DNA from: a virus
Virus record (IMG/VR): IMGVR_UViG_3300045988_149090
Reading direction: 5' to 3' (one strand)
Length of the DNA: 53,311 nt
The notes under the pieces are model-generated. The model ran no database searches and was not told the DNA's origin. It saw nothing but the letters and a program-made list of their open reading frames with translations. Positions 9,119 to 18,472 of this stretch are shown here, piece after piece; position 1 is the first letter of the stretch, and each line of letters begins with the position of its first letter. A program made the translations under genes and the position numbers.

Positions 9119-9787
9119 TCAATCGGATTTAAGGTTATCGGTCGGAGATTTGCCTTTCATGTCTTCCTGCATGATGCTGTCGGAAACGGCTTTCAAAGTC
9201 GTGCCATATCCGTCCGCCTGTTTCCGTACCCACTCGATGGCTTTTTCGTCCCGGCGGATGTCGAACACCTTGTTCAGCCAAAGCACATCATTGGCATTGC
9301 ATCCGCCCCAAGAGCGGATGGCACGGAACTTCAGCGCATCATCGGCATACTGACGTTTGGACTGCCATTGTCCGATGTTGCCCCACAGGGACAAGGCGCA
9401 TATCACACCAATCCCCACAACGAAAGAAAAGACCTTGCTCGATTTGATGTCGAAGCTGTGCCTGTGGATATGATCCTGTCGGGGCAGTTGCTGTTGAACA
9501 TCCGGTACTTTAAACTGTTCTTCAAGGAAACCGATTCGCTTCAAAATCACGGTTGTCACCTGTGCATAAGCCTCCCATTGCCTTGCCAACAAGTCCTTAA
9601 TCTCTTCGGATTGAGCCTTTGTCGTTTCCACAACAGCCTCCTTAATCGGGGATAAATCCGGCTTGTCATTCCCGATTTGAGGCTGTCGGTCTGCCACGTC
9701 GGGCAACTCTTCCAATTTACTTTTGATGCCATTTAAGGTTGTCTTGATTTCCTCAAAGAGGATGAATACATTGTTATTGTCTGCCAT
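9119..9787 (-). CDS. Mobilization accessory protein (MobC-like, one predicted TM helix) downstream of the relaxase
   Basis: ATG at 9787 (the track start at 9796 is TTG). It follows the relaxase stop by 2 nt. Hydrophobic segment VFSFVVGIGVICALSLW. The position is typical of the Bacteroides mobA-B-C order. Confidence 0.5.
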   Translation of the reverse strand: MADNNNVFILFEEIKTTLNGIKSKLEELPDVADRQPQIGNDKPDLSPIKEAVVETTKAQSEEIKDLLARQWEAYAQVTTVILKRIGFLEEQFKVPDVQQQLPRQDHIHRHSFDIKSSKVFSFVVGIGVICALSLWGNIGQWQSKRQYADDALKFRAIRSWGGCNANDVLWLNKVFDIRRDEKAIEWVRKQADGYGTTLKAVSDSIMQEDMKGKSPTDNLKSD

Positions 9788-9789
9788 AG

Positions 9790-10658
9790 TTACCAATTGA
9801 TTTTACGTTGTTTCTTCTTTTTCTTGTTTCTCAAATAAGGATCATAAGGCTGCTGTTCCTCCGGTTGATTGCTTGGAGAAAACAAGCCTAAAGACCCCTC
9901 GATAAGATTGCCGCCACTATCTGAAATTTGGCTTATCTCGTCCCGATTAGATTGCGGATGTGGTTGCGGTCGCATCTGTCGTTCCTCGTAATTGTTACGG
10001 CTCAATGCCGCGTCAATCTTGGAATAGCTGAAAGCGCGGTCTATCTTCGAGCCGTTGAAGCGGTAGCCGTTCATCGTAAAGACTATACCTTGAATTTCGT
10101 TTGTCTGCCCCTTGTACTTGAACTGCACATCGACGCCCTGCCGCTTCAACCGTTCAAGCAAGGTGTTCCAATCCTTGCATCTGCCGACTTCCGCCTTCAA
10201 GATTTGATATAGCCCGTACCTCGTCTTGTCCGGCTCTCGCAAACGCTCTACCTTCACTTGCTCCTTACCATTGGCAAAGTGAAGCCCGTATTTTTTGATA
10301 AGCTCCTTGCAGATGCGCTCGCTGCGAAAGCGGTCGTTCCTGTCGGAAATGGTCTTGCCGTTATTGTCGATACGGTTGAACGCTATATGCACGTGCGGAT
10401 GCTCCTTGTCGAAGTGCCGCCCGATGATGTATTGCGTATCCTTGATGCCCATCCGCTCCATATACTCACGGGCTATCCGAGCCATGACCGCATTGTTCAG
10501 CCGTGGCGCATCCTCCTTTGAGAAGCTCAATGCGATATGCCCGACAGCCTTTGTCACCCTCGGATTCATCCGTGCCTGACCGGTGAATCCCTGCGCTATC
10601 GTGTCGTTATTTTCCAAAAATAAGCCGTCCGCATCTATGATTTGAGTACCTTTTATAA
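9790..10658 (-). pseudogene. MobA/VirD2-type relaxase, N-terminally truncated by the prophage end
   Basis: Relaxase core present: GHIALSFS...HFDKEHPHVHIAFNRIDNNGKTISD. About 20 N-terminal codons and an ATG are missing. The upstream part of the open frame (to the TTG at 10815) runs through the phage end repeats. The boundary is uncertain by roughly 20 nt. Confidence 0.6.
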
Positions 10659-10730
10659 TCCGCAAAACGAAATGTTTCGACTTTTGGGAACGAAACGTTC
10701 TTTTTCCCAAAACGAAACGTTCTTTTTTTC
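10659..10730. repeat. Three tandem about 22-bp end repeats (ACGAAA cores at 10667, 10690, 10712): R1-R3-like transposase binding sites
   Basis: The three sites are tccgcaaaACGAAAtgtttcga / tgggaACGAAAcgttcttttt / cccaaaACGAAAcgttcttttt, spaced 23 and 22 bp. This mirrors the contiguous R-end sites of Mu. Confidence 0.7.
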
Positions 10731-10940
10731 GCACCCCTAAACACCCCCTACCCTGCCCTTTTCCGCTTAATTTCTCACTTCTAATTATTACTAAGAAATT
10801 TGGTAATCTCGCCAAAAATCGCTACATTTGTATAGTATAAATTGGTGTGTTGTGCACTCTCTCACACATACTAAAGCACTATCAAATTTCATTTTCTTAA
10901 AACATTTTCGACCGGCTTACGCCGGTATTTATAATAACAC

Positions 10941-10973
10941 GAACGGTGTTCGGAAACCATCCGAACACCGTTC
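10941..10973. terminator. Stem-loop terminator downstream of the tail-fibre gene
   Basis: GAACGGTGTTCGG-aaaccat-CCGAACACCGTTC, a 13-bp perfect stem followed by a T-rich tract on the plus strand. It lies 43 nt past the fibre stop codon on the minus strand. Confidence 0.6.
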
Positions 10974-11015
10974 TTTCGTTTTAGTCGCTTCGCTCCACGC
11001 TTTGGCGCTTTGCGC

Positions 11016-14000
11016 TTACAACACTTCGCGAATCGCTTTATACGCTTCCACGCTTTCCGCCCGAACGAGTTTGCCGCGGAAGGCCAGACGGGAGCCGACA
11101 TTCGCGCTCGAGTACGATGCATCGCTATTCGCATTCGCATTCGACACGCCGCCACTCGCATACGCATTGGAGGACCCGCGATAGACCACACGGAAGGCTG
11201 CGGTACTTATCCAATATTTATCGCAATAATATGTACTGGACGAGCCGTTAGCTGTTCCTACCGGTACGATATCCATGTATTTACCATGGGCAACACCTGT
11301 TATCCACTGGTCACTGATCGTTTTACCCTTCACCCAACGCACCGTGCCGTCCGGCATCCAAATACGCCATTTACCTTGGTTGCCACTATCGTTGGGTAAA
11401 TCAACACCGTCCATCATCTCGTACTTATGGCCGTAGATGTCCTCATAGCCCAGACAACTGATATTGTTTACCTGAGTCACGGTCGGAGAACCATACTCGT
11501 CCTGGCCACGATACCAAGCGTACTGGTGGATAGAACCGTCCACGATGGAATTCGTGATCTTGTCGTTTATTTTATACGCTTCGTCATAACCGATCGTATC
11601 CTGCATACCATAACCGGCTGTACCGCCCGTGATACGATTGCTCGTATGCTGACCGCCTCCGCACTGTTCCTGGCTGTCACGACGGCCATATCTTGCGTAA
11701 AACAAGTTCGCTATACGGGAGTGCATCAACGCGTCTATCTGTTGCATACCGCGCTGAACCGAGTAATAATGAAAGTCGATCCAGTTCATGCTGGCCGTCG
11801 TGGAATTACCTGTTATGCATGAACGCAACTTGCTACCTACCACGCTACTGCCTACTACCGCGCAAAGATGTTCCTCGTTGGCCACCCAATCGGGCTCCAT
11901 ATCCTCGATCTTGTCGGAGTTGGAAAGAACCACCTTGTCAAACTCGGCCGTGTTCAGGATCGAGAAGTGCAAGGCCGTGGCGTCCTCCGGAACATCCGAT
12001 ATCAAGTACATGCCGGCCTCGAACTTCAGACCGATCGTAGAGACCACGATGGTTTTGACCACGTTTCCGGAGCCGTCAACAAATAGACTGCCGACCAAAC
12101 CCGTACCGGGAACACTCGGAAAACGTACACGCTTATAGCCTTGTACATCCACCTTGCAGACTGAATAGGTCTTGTCCGTGCTATAAGAATCCTTCAACGT
12201 GGGTTTGCCACTCAAAAGTTTGCGCTCTGTAAGGAAACCGCCCTGCGTGTCTTTGATGTCGTCCAACGTCAGCACCGTCACATCCGGAACAGGAGGCATA
12301 TCGTCAGGGCCGTTGGAACTGTAACAGCTGTAATATTTCTCGTTCAGGTAGTCATTGACACCTTTCGACCAAAAGAACGGTTCGTACATCATCCAGTCGC
12401 CCTCGCTGCTGTCAAGTTTGGCTGCGCTGCCATCGTAGTATTTATTACTGCTGGTATCATCCAACGGACAATAGGTCATCTCGCCGTCCGGATTGTTCAC
12501 GTCAACCGTCTGGCCCGCCATCTCCACTTTACGGCTCGTGGGCTTTTTCGTCACCTTGGCAAGCACACGGTGGCGCTTCTTGAGGATCGCCGCCACGTGG
12601 GCATTCATGACGTAAGTATTGCCATACTTATAACCGGTCTCGTTGTCCGGGTTGGAAATGTTGGCATCGTCCGGAGCGCTTTCGTCCGACTCGATGATGC
12701 TGTAGGCCGGTTGTACGATCTCCAGTTCCGGATACCGCTCACGATACCGGTCGGCCTGTTCGTCATCCATGTACTTTGTCAGGCAGAGCCTGCCACGCAA
12801 TCCGGAATGACGGTTGTCTATCGCTCCGGTGGAGGTATAGGTACCATAATCGTAGTATTTCCCGAGCAGCCTGCCGTCATCCTCCATATCGATGTCAAGG
12901 ACAAAACGCTCCAGTTTACCGCTACCGTTCAACTTGGCCTGATGAAGACGTTCCAGCATGGCAAACCCGTCAATGCCCGGACAACCCATGAACCGGTAGC
13001 CTCGCACGTTACCGATGCCATCCAGTACCAATCCGCTCTCTGCCAACCTGGGAAGATATTCCAGAAACAGTTCCTCTATCGTTTCCGGCAAGCATAACTG
13101 CACAACAGGCGCACCGGTGGCAAGTTTCACGCGGGTAAGCCCCGTGCCTCTCACGTCCAGCTTCTTCAACCGTCCCTGCCAGCTCAAGTCCAAGGTCGTC
13201 ACGTTGCCGTTATCGCCATTCCGTGCCAGCAGGTTGTTGCGCATATTAAGCTCTTCCAGAAGAAGCATGCCGTTCGTCGAGGCCATGAATGAACCGTTAC
13301 GATAACCGCTGGCTTTCTCCACGCTCATGTCAAGTTTAACCAATGAGGTAAGCAAGCCGAAATTGAATCCGATGGCGAACGCGTCCTCATGCCACACCAG
13401 CTCCTTGACTTTGGCCGCGCCGATAATCTTCAGCGGGTCGTTCTCACCGAAGGCACGGGTCAGCTGCAGGGAGTGGAGCACGTCCGCATCCACCACGCCG
13501 CTGTCGGCCTGCACGCCGTTGCTGGTGGAAAGCTGCACACGGTACGGGATGGTCAGCCGGTACTGCATCGGCTTCAGTTTGTATGCCTTGTCCAGCGATG
13601 CCGTACTCTGGTAGAACTGGGCGCCCAGCGTAGAGACATAACCGTACTCCACCTGCTTCAGGTCATACCTGCGCTGGATGAAATAGTTACGGTGAGCTTT
13701 CAACGAACCCTTCAGACCGTAGATCTGCGGATACGTCTGTTTGGCACCGTCAGCCCCCACCGGCATCTCGTTCAGGAACGGATACACATACTTGAAGATG
13801 CCTGATTTGTTGTACAGCCGGCTGCACCACTTCTTCATCTGCTCGGTGTCGAAATGGTCAACGGCCTTCTGGATGCTGAAGGCACTCATGAAGCTGGTAC
13901 CGCCGTTCACACCCCTGGTCATCACTTCCTCCAGCAGATTGCCCATATTGCCCAGTATCAGGTTCCACAGCCAGCTGTTGTGTCCCTGCATCACATAGGC

Positions 14001-17000
14001 CCCGTCTCGCTTCGTCTGCCGGTTGTCGTCATACTTCCCGGTCAGGAACGACTTGTTGTCCGAACCCAGCTGGCAGTCACCGTCGTAATAGGTTATCCAC
14101 CACATCACGCCGTCCCATGTCCGCACCAGCATATTTTTCGCCAGCTGGTCCACACCCAGGTTGAACTGTACATACAGGTAGTAGGCGGCCAGGTTGGGAA
14201 GGTTGAAATACTTCCCGGCTTCCGCCTTGAAGGTCGGGCTCACCCATTTGGCCGTCGGGAACTTGTTGCCGTCATCCTCATAGTCCACCCCGTCAAAGGT
14301 GTGCGTCTCCTTGTTATAGGCCAGATTCTTGCCGGCAGGCGTTTCCTTCACGCATTTATAAAGGAAACTCATCATGCGGTCAAGCGCCTTGTACATCTTG
14401 TCGTACTTGTCACCGGTGCCCAGGTGTTCCTTGATGTTCGGTTCTTCTTCGGCATCACCTCCGCCATCGTTCCAGAACACGTCTTTCGGATGGTTGAACT
14501 CGAAACCGCCGTCAAAGTTGAAATCCATGAAGTCCGTATGGTCGGGCTCCGTGGACGGCAGCCAGCGGAACAGGCACAGGTCGTTCGAGTTGTTCAACGT
14601 CTCGATGCAGATGGGCAGGTATTCCTTCGGCCGGTCGCCGTTCGCCTGCAGGTAGTTCAGCGTATCACCGGTCCCCCACTGTTCTTCGCCGATGGTCTTG
14701 TCCTGGCCGAATATCGGGTAGCTGTCGCTCTTCTCGTTGTTCATGTTGTACTGGCCGTAGTAGGTCAGATCCTCATCCACACTCTTTGCCACAAACAGGT
14801 CACAGGGCAAGCCGTCAATGGCCGAGCGTATGTCTTCCTTGCACGTATCCGCATGGTCGGCGGCATACTGCTGGGCAGGGGTCAGGATACCCATTTCCTT
14901 CATGCCGTCATGGATGAACTTCGCGCCACCGGTGTTGGTGGTCATGGAGGAGTCCGAAAAGTCACACTTCGCACAGGCGAGTTTCGCCCCCACCGAGTTG
15001 TCCCGCAGTCGGAACAGGTTCTTCTTACCCTCCGTAGCTGTCGGGTTGCTCTGCTGCCCGTTACCGTCTATCTCGCCGTAGCTCATCCGTGCCGTGTAAC
15101 CGCTGGCTGTCTTCTGGAAGTAGAAGCGCAGGTTCTTGCGGGCATAGTTCACCGAACTGGTACCCTGGATACGCAGATAAATGTCACGGGCTATCCAGTC
15201 CAGCGCCCGGTTCTCACCGTTGTAGAATCTAACTTCCCGGCACAGCTTGTTGGCCTTCTTGTTGTTCAGCTGGGCCAGCGCATCCATCACGTTCAGCGTG
15301 TCGCTCTCGCTTGGCACCTCACTGCCCACGCTGCCCGTGCCTATCAGTACCAGGATCGAGTTCCGCCGCTTCTTCATCAGTCCCATCAGCTTCTCCATGC
15401 TCACCGTGTCCCCCTCGTTCAGCACGCGGTTGTCCTCATCCAGCGAACGCACGCCCGGTTCCCCGTCGGCATCCTCCAGATGGTTGCGGTCCACGATGTA
15501 GTTGTTAAGCACCTCGTCCGAAGTCAGCGCCTTGTTATAGATGCGCACGCTCTTCACGTTCAGGTCAGCCCCCTCCGATTTAAACTCCAGCTGGCTCCGG
15601 ATGTCGAAGTTCACCTTGTCCAGCCACTTCGAGGCGGCCGACTCCTCCCCGTTCACATAGAAGCCGATCAGCGTCCGCTGCTCGTTGGTCTCCACGTCCG
15701 GATAGAACACGTAAGTGATGCGGATATTCTTACCGGGTTCAAACTTCGTACCCACCGAGTCCTCATAGCGCAGGACCTGACCGGCATCCATCGCCTCCGT
15801 CACCACGCCGGTAAGGAACTTCGCCTCCTCCGGGGTCACCACCAGCCCGTAACGGTTGCCGTTTTGCAGGGTGCCCAGACAGGTGATCAGCTCCGCGTCG
15901 GTGTCAGTCACGTTGGCCGTGCTGTATTCTATCTCCAACGTCATGCCCACGTCGCGGATGGCAAAACCCTCGGGCTTGTCCGCCTCGTTGAACGGGCGAT
16001 AACCGCCGTCTGCCGTCAGTGTCATGCCCGCACCGCCGGCCAGCAGCAGGCGGTCCTTGTGCCAGCCGCTTCCTGCGCCGTATTCGTTCACGCTCCACAG
16101 CACATCACGGAATTCCATCCGTTTGTCCCCGCTCACCCAGCTTTCCGGGTTGTTTTCCGTGTTGCTTCGCCCGAAGGCATCGAACGTGCACACGGCATCC
16201 GGTGCCAGCGTGGCTTCAATGTCGGGGTGCGATGTGGTGTTCACCTGCACCTCAAGCACGGCATCACCGCACGACACACGGTAATCCAGCGGTTCCACGT
16301 TCACGTTCGTACGCCCGTAGCTGCCGGTCTCACCGCGCTGCAGCAGGTCTTCCTTCACCACACTGCCCCGGCTGGTCACTTTCACACGGGCCGTGTACGC
16401 ATCCCTGTCATAGCCGGCATACGTGAAGTTCCACGCCGTGAACTGCTCTGCCTCCAGTACGGGGTGCTTCCAGTCACGCTGGAACCCTGCCGCCCGGTGG
16501 TTGAACATCATGCCGGCATAGGCCGTCACACCTTCCCCGGCTTTCAGCAGGGTCAGGTAGTGTATCTCGCTCACCACGCCGGAGTTCTCGTGCAGCGCAT
16601 AGGCTTCCACCACGTTCATGCCCTCCCGCATTTCACTCAGCGCAACGGTGACGTTCTTCTGCTGGACACCGGAACCGGCTGACAGGCCAAGCGTATAGGG
16701 CTGCCCGCCGTTGATACGGTAGTAGATGTTCTTCTCGCCACTCGTTCCCTTAGCTGTAAATGGGATGTTCACGTCGTTCCGGTATCCCCCGTCAGCAAGT
16801 CCGTTCCCAACCGAATAAGTGGTACTTAGTTCCATAGCCACCATCGTCACCCTGGCGGTAGCGGTTTTCATCAGCGTACCGCCATCATAACCGGCCTGCG
16901 CCTCCACCTGCACGGTGTAGGTCGTGGCATCCTTCAGGTAAGGCGACGCGTCAAAAGTATAGCTCTGACCGGCCGTAACGCCGACAAACTCCGCATCCTG

Positions 17001-17537
17001 GAATTCTGAAAGGACCGTGGAGCCACGTTTTACGACCACCTTGGCCTTCAGGTCGCTGTAGCCACTCACCTCGCCGCCACCGGCCGTGCCCACGCCAACG
17101 GCATATCTCACCACGAAACCGGTACCCAACGACAAATACTGGGAAGCGGGCAAGGAGGAACCCGAAGCATCGGTCAGGTCTATATTCACCACCACCTTGT
17201 CATCGTCGCTATACTTGGAAAAGCGTACCTCCCTGTCGCTTTCCCCGCCTTCGCCATCCTTCTGCGTGACTGTCATCACGTACTGAGTGCCGTCCTCGCT
17301 GTCCGTCACGTCGATATTCGTCACGGTGCCCACCAGCGAGGCGAACACCGCGCCGCTCGTGGGGGCTTTCGTCTCACCGGCGGCCAGCTCCTCCGTAGGG
17401 GTGGCCTTGTCATCAATACTTTTGATATAGTTCTCCACCAACCGGCCGCTCACCGGAAGATTACCCGTGGATTCGTCACCGGACCAATCGGTCTTCTGCA
17501 TATCCAGACCGTCCTCGTCATACACTTTTTTCGCCAT
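11016..17537 (-). CDS. Giant tail fibre / receptor-binding protein (2173 aa) with C-terminal DGR variable region (C-type-lectin/FGE-like end)
   Basis: ATG start. It is the last gene of the tail operon. The C-terminus ...VVYRGSSNAYASGGVSNANANSDASYSSANVGSRLAFRG aligns to the TR. Internal LRR-like and CotH-like (TWDGVMWWITYYDGDCQLGSDN) stretches were seen by eye. Confidence 0.85.
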   Translation of the reverse strand: MAKKVYDEDGLDMQKTDWSGDESTGNLPVSGRLVENYIKSIDDKATPTEELAAGETKAPTSGAVFASLVGTVTNIDVTDSEDGTQYVMTVTQKDGEGGESDREVRFSKYSDDDKVVVNIDLTDASGSSLPASQYLSLGTGFVVRYAVGVGTAGGGEVSGYSDLKAKVVVKRGSTVLSEFQDAEFVGVTAGQSYTFDASPYLKDATTYTVQVEAQAGYDGGTLMKTATARVTMVAMELSTTYSVGNGLADGGYRNDVNIPFTAKGTSGEKNIYYRINGGQPYTLGLSAGSGVQQKNVTVALSEMREGMNVVEAYALHENSGVVSEIHYLTLLKAGEGVTAYAGMMFNHRAAGFQRDWKHPVLEAEQFTAWNFTYAGYDRDAYTARVKVTSRGSVVKEDLLQRGETGSYGRTNVNVEPLDYRVSCGDAVLEVQVNTTSHPDIEATLAPDAVCTFDAFGRSNTENNPESWVSGDKRMEFRDVLWSVNEYGAGSGWHKDRLLLAGGAGMTLTADGGYRPFNEADKPEGFAIRDVGMTLEIEYSTANVTDTDAELITCLGTLQNGNRYGLVVTPEEAKFLTGVVTEAMDAGQVLRYEDSVGTKFEPGKNIRITYVFYPDVETNEQRTLIGFYVNGEESAASKWLDKVNFDIRSQLEFKSEGADLNVKSVRIYNKALTSDEVLNNYIVDRNHLEDADGEPGVRSLDEDNRVLNEGDTVSMEKLMGLMKKRRNSILVLIGTGSVGSEVPSESDTLNVMDALAQLNNKKANKLCREVRFYNGENRALDWIARDIYLRIQGTSSVNYARKNLRFYFQKTASGYTARMSYGEIDGNGQQSNPTATEGKKNLFRLRDNSVGAKLACAKCDFSDSSMTTNTGGAKFIHDGMKEMGILTPAQQYAADHADTCKEDIRSAIDGLPCDLFVAKSVDEDLTYYGQYNMNNEKSDSYPIFGQDKTIGEEQWGTGDTLNYLQANGDRPKEYLPICIETLNNSNDLCLFRWLPSTEPDHTDFMDFNFDGGFEFNHPKDVFWNDGGGDAEEEPNIKEHLGTGDKYDKMYKALDRMMSFLYKCVKETPAGKNLAYNKETHTFDGVDYEDDGNKFPTAKWVSPTFKAEAGKYFNLPNLAAYYLYVQFNLGVDQLAKNMLVRTWDGVMWWITYYDGDCQLGSDNKSFLTGKYDDNRQTKRDGAYVMQGHNSWLWNLILGNMGNLLEEVMTRGVNGGTSFMSAFSIQKAVDHFDTEQMKKWCSRLYNKSGIFKYVYPFLNEMPVGADGAKQTYPQIYGLKGSLKAHRNYFIQRRYDLKQVEYGYVSTLGAQFYQSTASLDKAYKLKPMQYRLTIPYRVQLSTSNGVQADSGVVDADVLHSLQLTRAFGENDPLKIIGAAKVKELVWHEDAFAIGFNFGLLTSLVKLDMSVEKASGYRNGSFMASTNGMLLLEELNMRNNLLARNGDNGNVTTLDLSWQGRLKKLDVRGTGLTRVKLATGAPVVQLCLPETIEELFLEYLPRLAESGLVLDGIGNVRGYRFMGCPGIDGFAMLERLHQAKLNGSGKLERFVLDIDMEDDGRLLGKYYDYGTYTSTGAIDNRHSGLRGRLCLTKYMDDEQADRYRERYPELEIVQPAYSIIESDESAPDDANISNPDNETGYKYGNTYVMNAHVAAILKKRHRVLAKVTKKPTSRKVEMAGQTVDVNNPDGEMTYCPLDDTSSNKYYDGSAAKLDSSEGDWMMYEPFFWSKGVNDYLNEKYYSCYSSNGPDDMPPVPDVTVLTLDDIKDTQGGFLTERKLLSGKPTLKDSYSTDKTYSVCKVDVQGYKRVRFPSVPGTGLVGSLFVDGSGNVVKTIVVSTIGLKFEAGMYLISDVPEDATALHFSILNTAEFDKVVLSNSDKIEDMEPDWVANEEHLCAVVGSSVVGSKLRSCITGNSTTASMNWIDFHYYSVQRGMQQIDALMHSRIANLFYARYGRRDSQEQCGGGQHTSNRITGGTAGYGMQDTIGYDEAYKINDKITNSIVDGSIHQYAWYRGQDEYGSPTVTQVNNISCLGYEDIYGHKYEMMDGVDLPNDSGNQGKWRIWMPDGTVRWVKGKTISDQWITGVAHGKYMDIVPVGTANGSSSTYYCDKYWISTAAFRVVYRGSSNAYASGGVSNANANSDASYSSANVGSRLAFRGKLVRAESVEAYKAIREVL
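11084..11194 (-). repeat. DGR variable region (VR)
   Basis: The 111-nt segment aligns to TR 36978-37088 with 9 differences, every one at a TR adenine (A>C,T,C,T,G,G,T,G,G). Identity ends exactly at ...CCCGTCTGG. Confidence 0.9.
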
Positions 17538-17555
17538 ATCGTTATTCTTTAAAAG

Positions 17556-17732
17556 TTATTTCATCCGTTTCCAGCCATCCGTTCGGCTCCAGGGTTTGTC
17601 ACCGCGCCAAAAGCCCGCGCCGAAACAGCTCCGGATGGCTTGCCAAACCAGCCTGGCCCCTATATAGACCGTCGCCACCACCCGTTCGCCTACACGGATG
17701 GCTGTCACCTCTTTGTTTCCAACACTTATCAT
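17556..17732 (-). CDS. 58-aa ORF immediately upstream of the tail-fibre gene (hypothetical virion protein)
   Basis: Below the ORF-track cutoff. ATG at 17732 is preceded by GAGGAGGAATAGGT. Translation: MISVGNKEVTAIRVGERVVATVYIGARLVWQ... It fills an otherwise 197-nt gap. Confidence 0.4.
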   Translation of the reverse strand: MISVGNKEVTAIRVGERVVATVYIGARLVWQAIRSCFGAGFWRGDKPWSRTDGWKRMK

Positions 17733-17734
17733 AC

Positions 17735-18163
17735 CTATTCCTCCTCGTAAATCAGGTAAATGGTCTTGCCGTCCTTTTCCGGGAGACTTTCAAACTCCTC
17801 CTCACTCATCTCCTTATGTTTGTAGCCTTGGGCTATCGCATCCTCGGCCTTCTTCGCGGCCGCCTCCGCCTTTGCCGCCGATTCACCCGCCGTCTGAATG
17901 GCCTTTTTTGTCTCCTGGGTGGCCGCTTCCATTTCGGGAGCCAATCCCTCCACCCTTTCAGCGGCCTTGATCGCCCGGGCCGCCGCGTCATCGGCTGGCT
18001 TGCTCAATAAGGTGATCGGGACGTTCACCAGTTTGTCACCTTTCTGTCCCGGCAGGGATTTGACCCCGCTCAGCGAGCCGACCGTCTCAAGGGATTCGAC
18101 ACTCTTCGATTCCGCCTTGACCGCCTCCAAAACCTGGGCGATATCCGATTCTGTCAGTGCCAT
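17735..18163 (-). CDS. Hypothetical virion-associated protein (142 aa, Ala/Glu/Lys-rich)
   Basis: ATG start. Co-directional and tightly packed in the tail operon. Confidence 0.5.
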   Translation of the reverse strand: MALTESDIAQVLEAVKAESKSVESLETVGSLSGVKSLPGQKGDKLVNVPITLLSKPADDAAARAIKAAERVEGLAPEMEAATQETKKAIQTAGESAAKAEAAAKKAEDAIAQGYKHKEMSEEEFESLPEKDGKTIYLIYEEE

Positions 18164-18164
18164 A

Positions 18165-18452
18165 TCAAACCCCTCCCTCTATCAGTTCATAAACTTGGCC
18201 GTAACCGCCGGCCGTCAGGCTCTCGCCACATACCTCCTTGATAAGCGTACCCTCCTCGGTGGTGATCTCCAGGATTCCACCGCCCTGGATGATACGCTGG
18301 CACAGGACGTAAGCCTTGAACTTCTCATCACGGCCTACCGGTTTGTCTTTTCCGTAATTGAACAGGGCCTCCGCTACGGCGGTGGCGATGTTGTCGCCGC
18401 CAAGCTCGTTCCCGTCAAAGCCCCTGAATCTCCTGTTTAAGTCAACTTTCAT
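18165..18452 (-). CDS. Hypothetical phage protein (95 aa)
   Basis: ATG start, 1-nt gap to the next gene in the tail operon. Confidence 0.5.
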   Translation of the reverse strand: MKVDLNRRFRGFDGNELGGDNIATAVAEALFNYGKDKPVGRDEKFKAYVLCQRIIQGGGILEITTEEGTLIKEVCGESLTAGGYGQVYELIEGGV

Positions 18453-18472
18453 ATCTCTTTGGTTTTAAATGT

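Noticed and set aside
10659-10730. Tandem 22-bp repeats as a possible mini CRISPR array
   Set aside because: There are only three contiguous copies with no spacers and no cas genes. An inverted copy lies at the other prophage end, which fits transposase binding sites.
10659-10815. N-terminal extension of the relaxase ORF up to 10815
   Set aside because: The start codon at 10815 is TTG. The extension is encoded by the phage end repeats, giving repeated RFVLGK/HFVLR, and does not resemble relaxase N-termini. HFVLR could conceivably be genuine relaxase sequence, so the junction is given with about 20 nt uncertainty.
13854-16682. 942-aa plus-strand ORF, the largest plus-strand ORF in the region
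   Set aside because: It is antisense to the 2173-aa tail-fibre gene. The translation is low-complexity and rich in H/R/V/L (VHTPGHHFLQQIAHIAQYQVPQP...), typical of a shadow ORF in GC-rich coding DNA. It has no motifs and no operon context.
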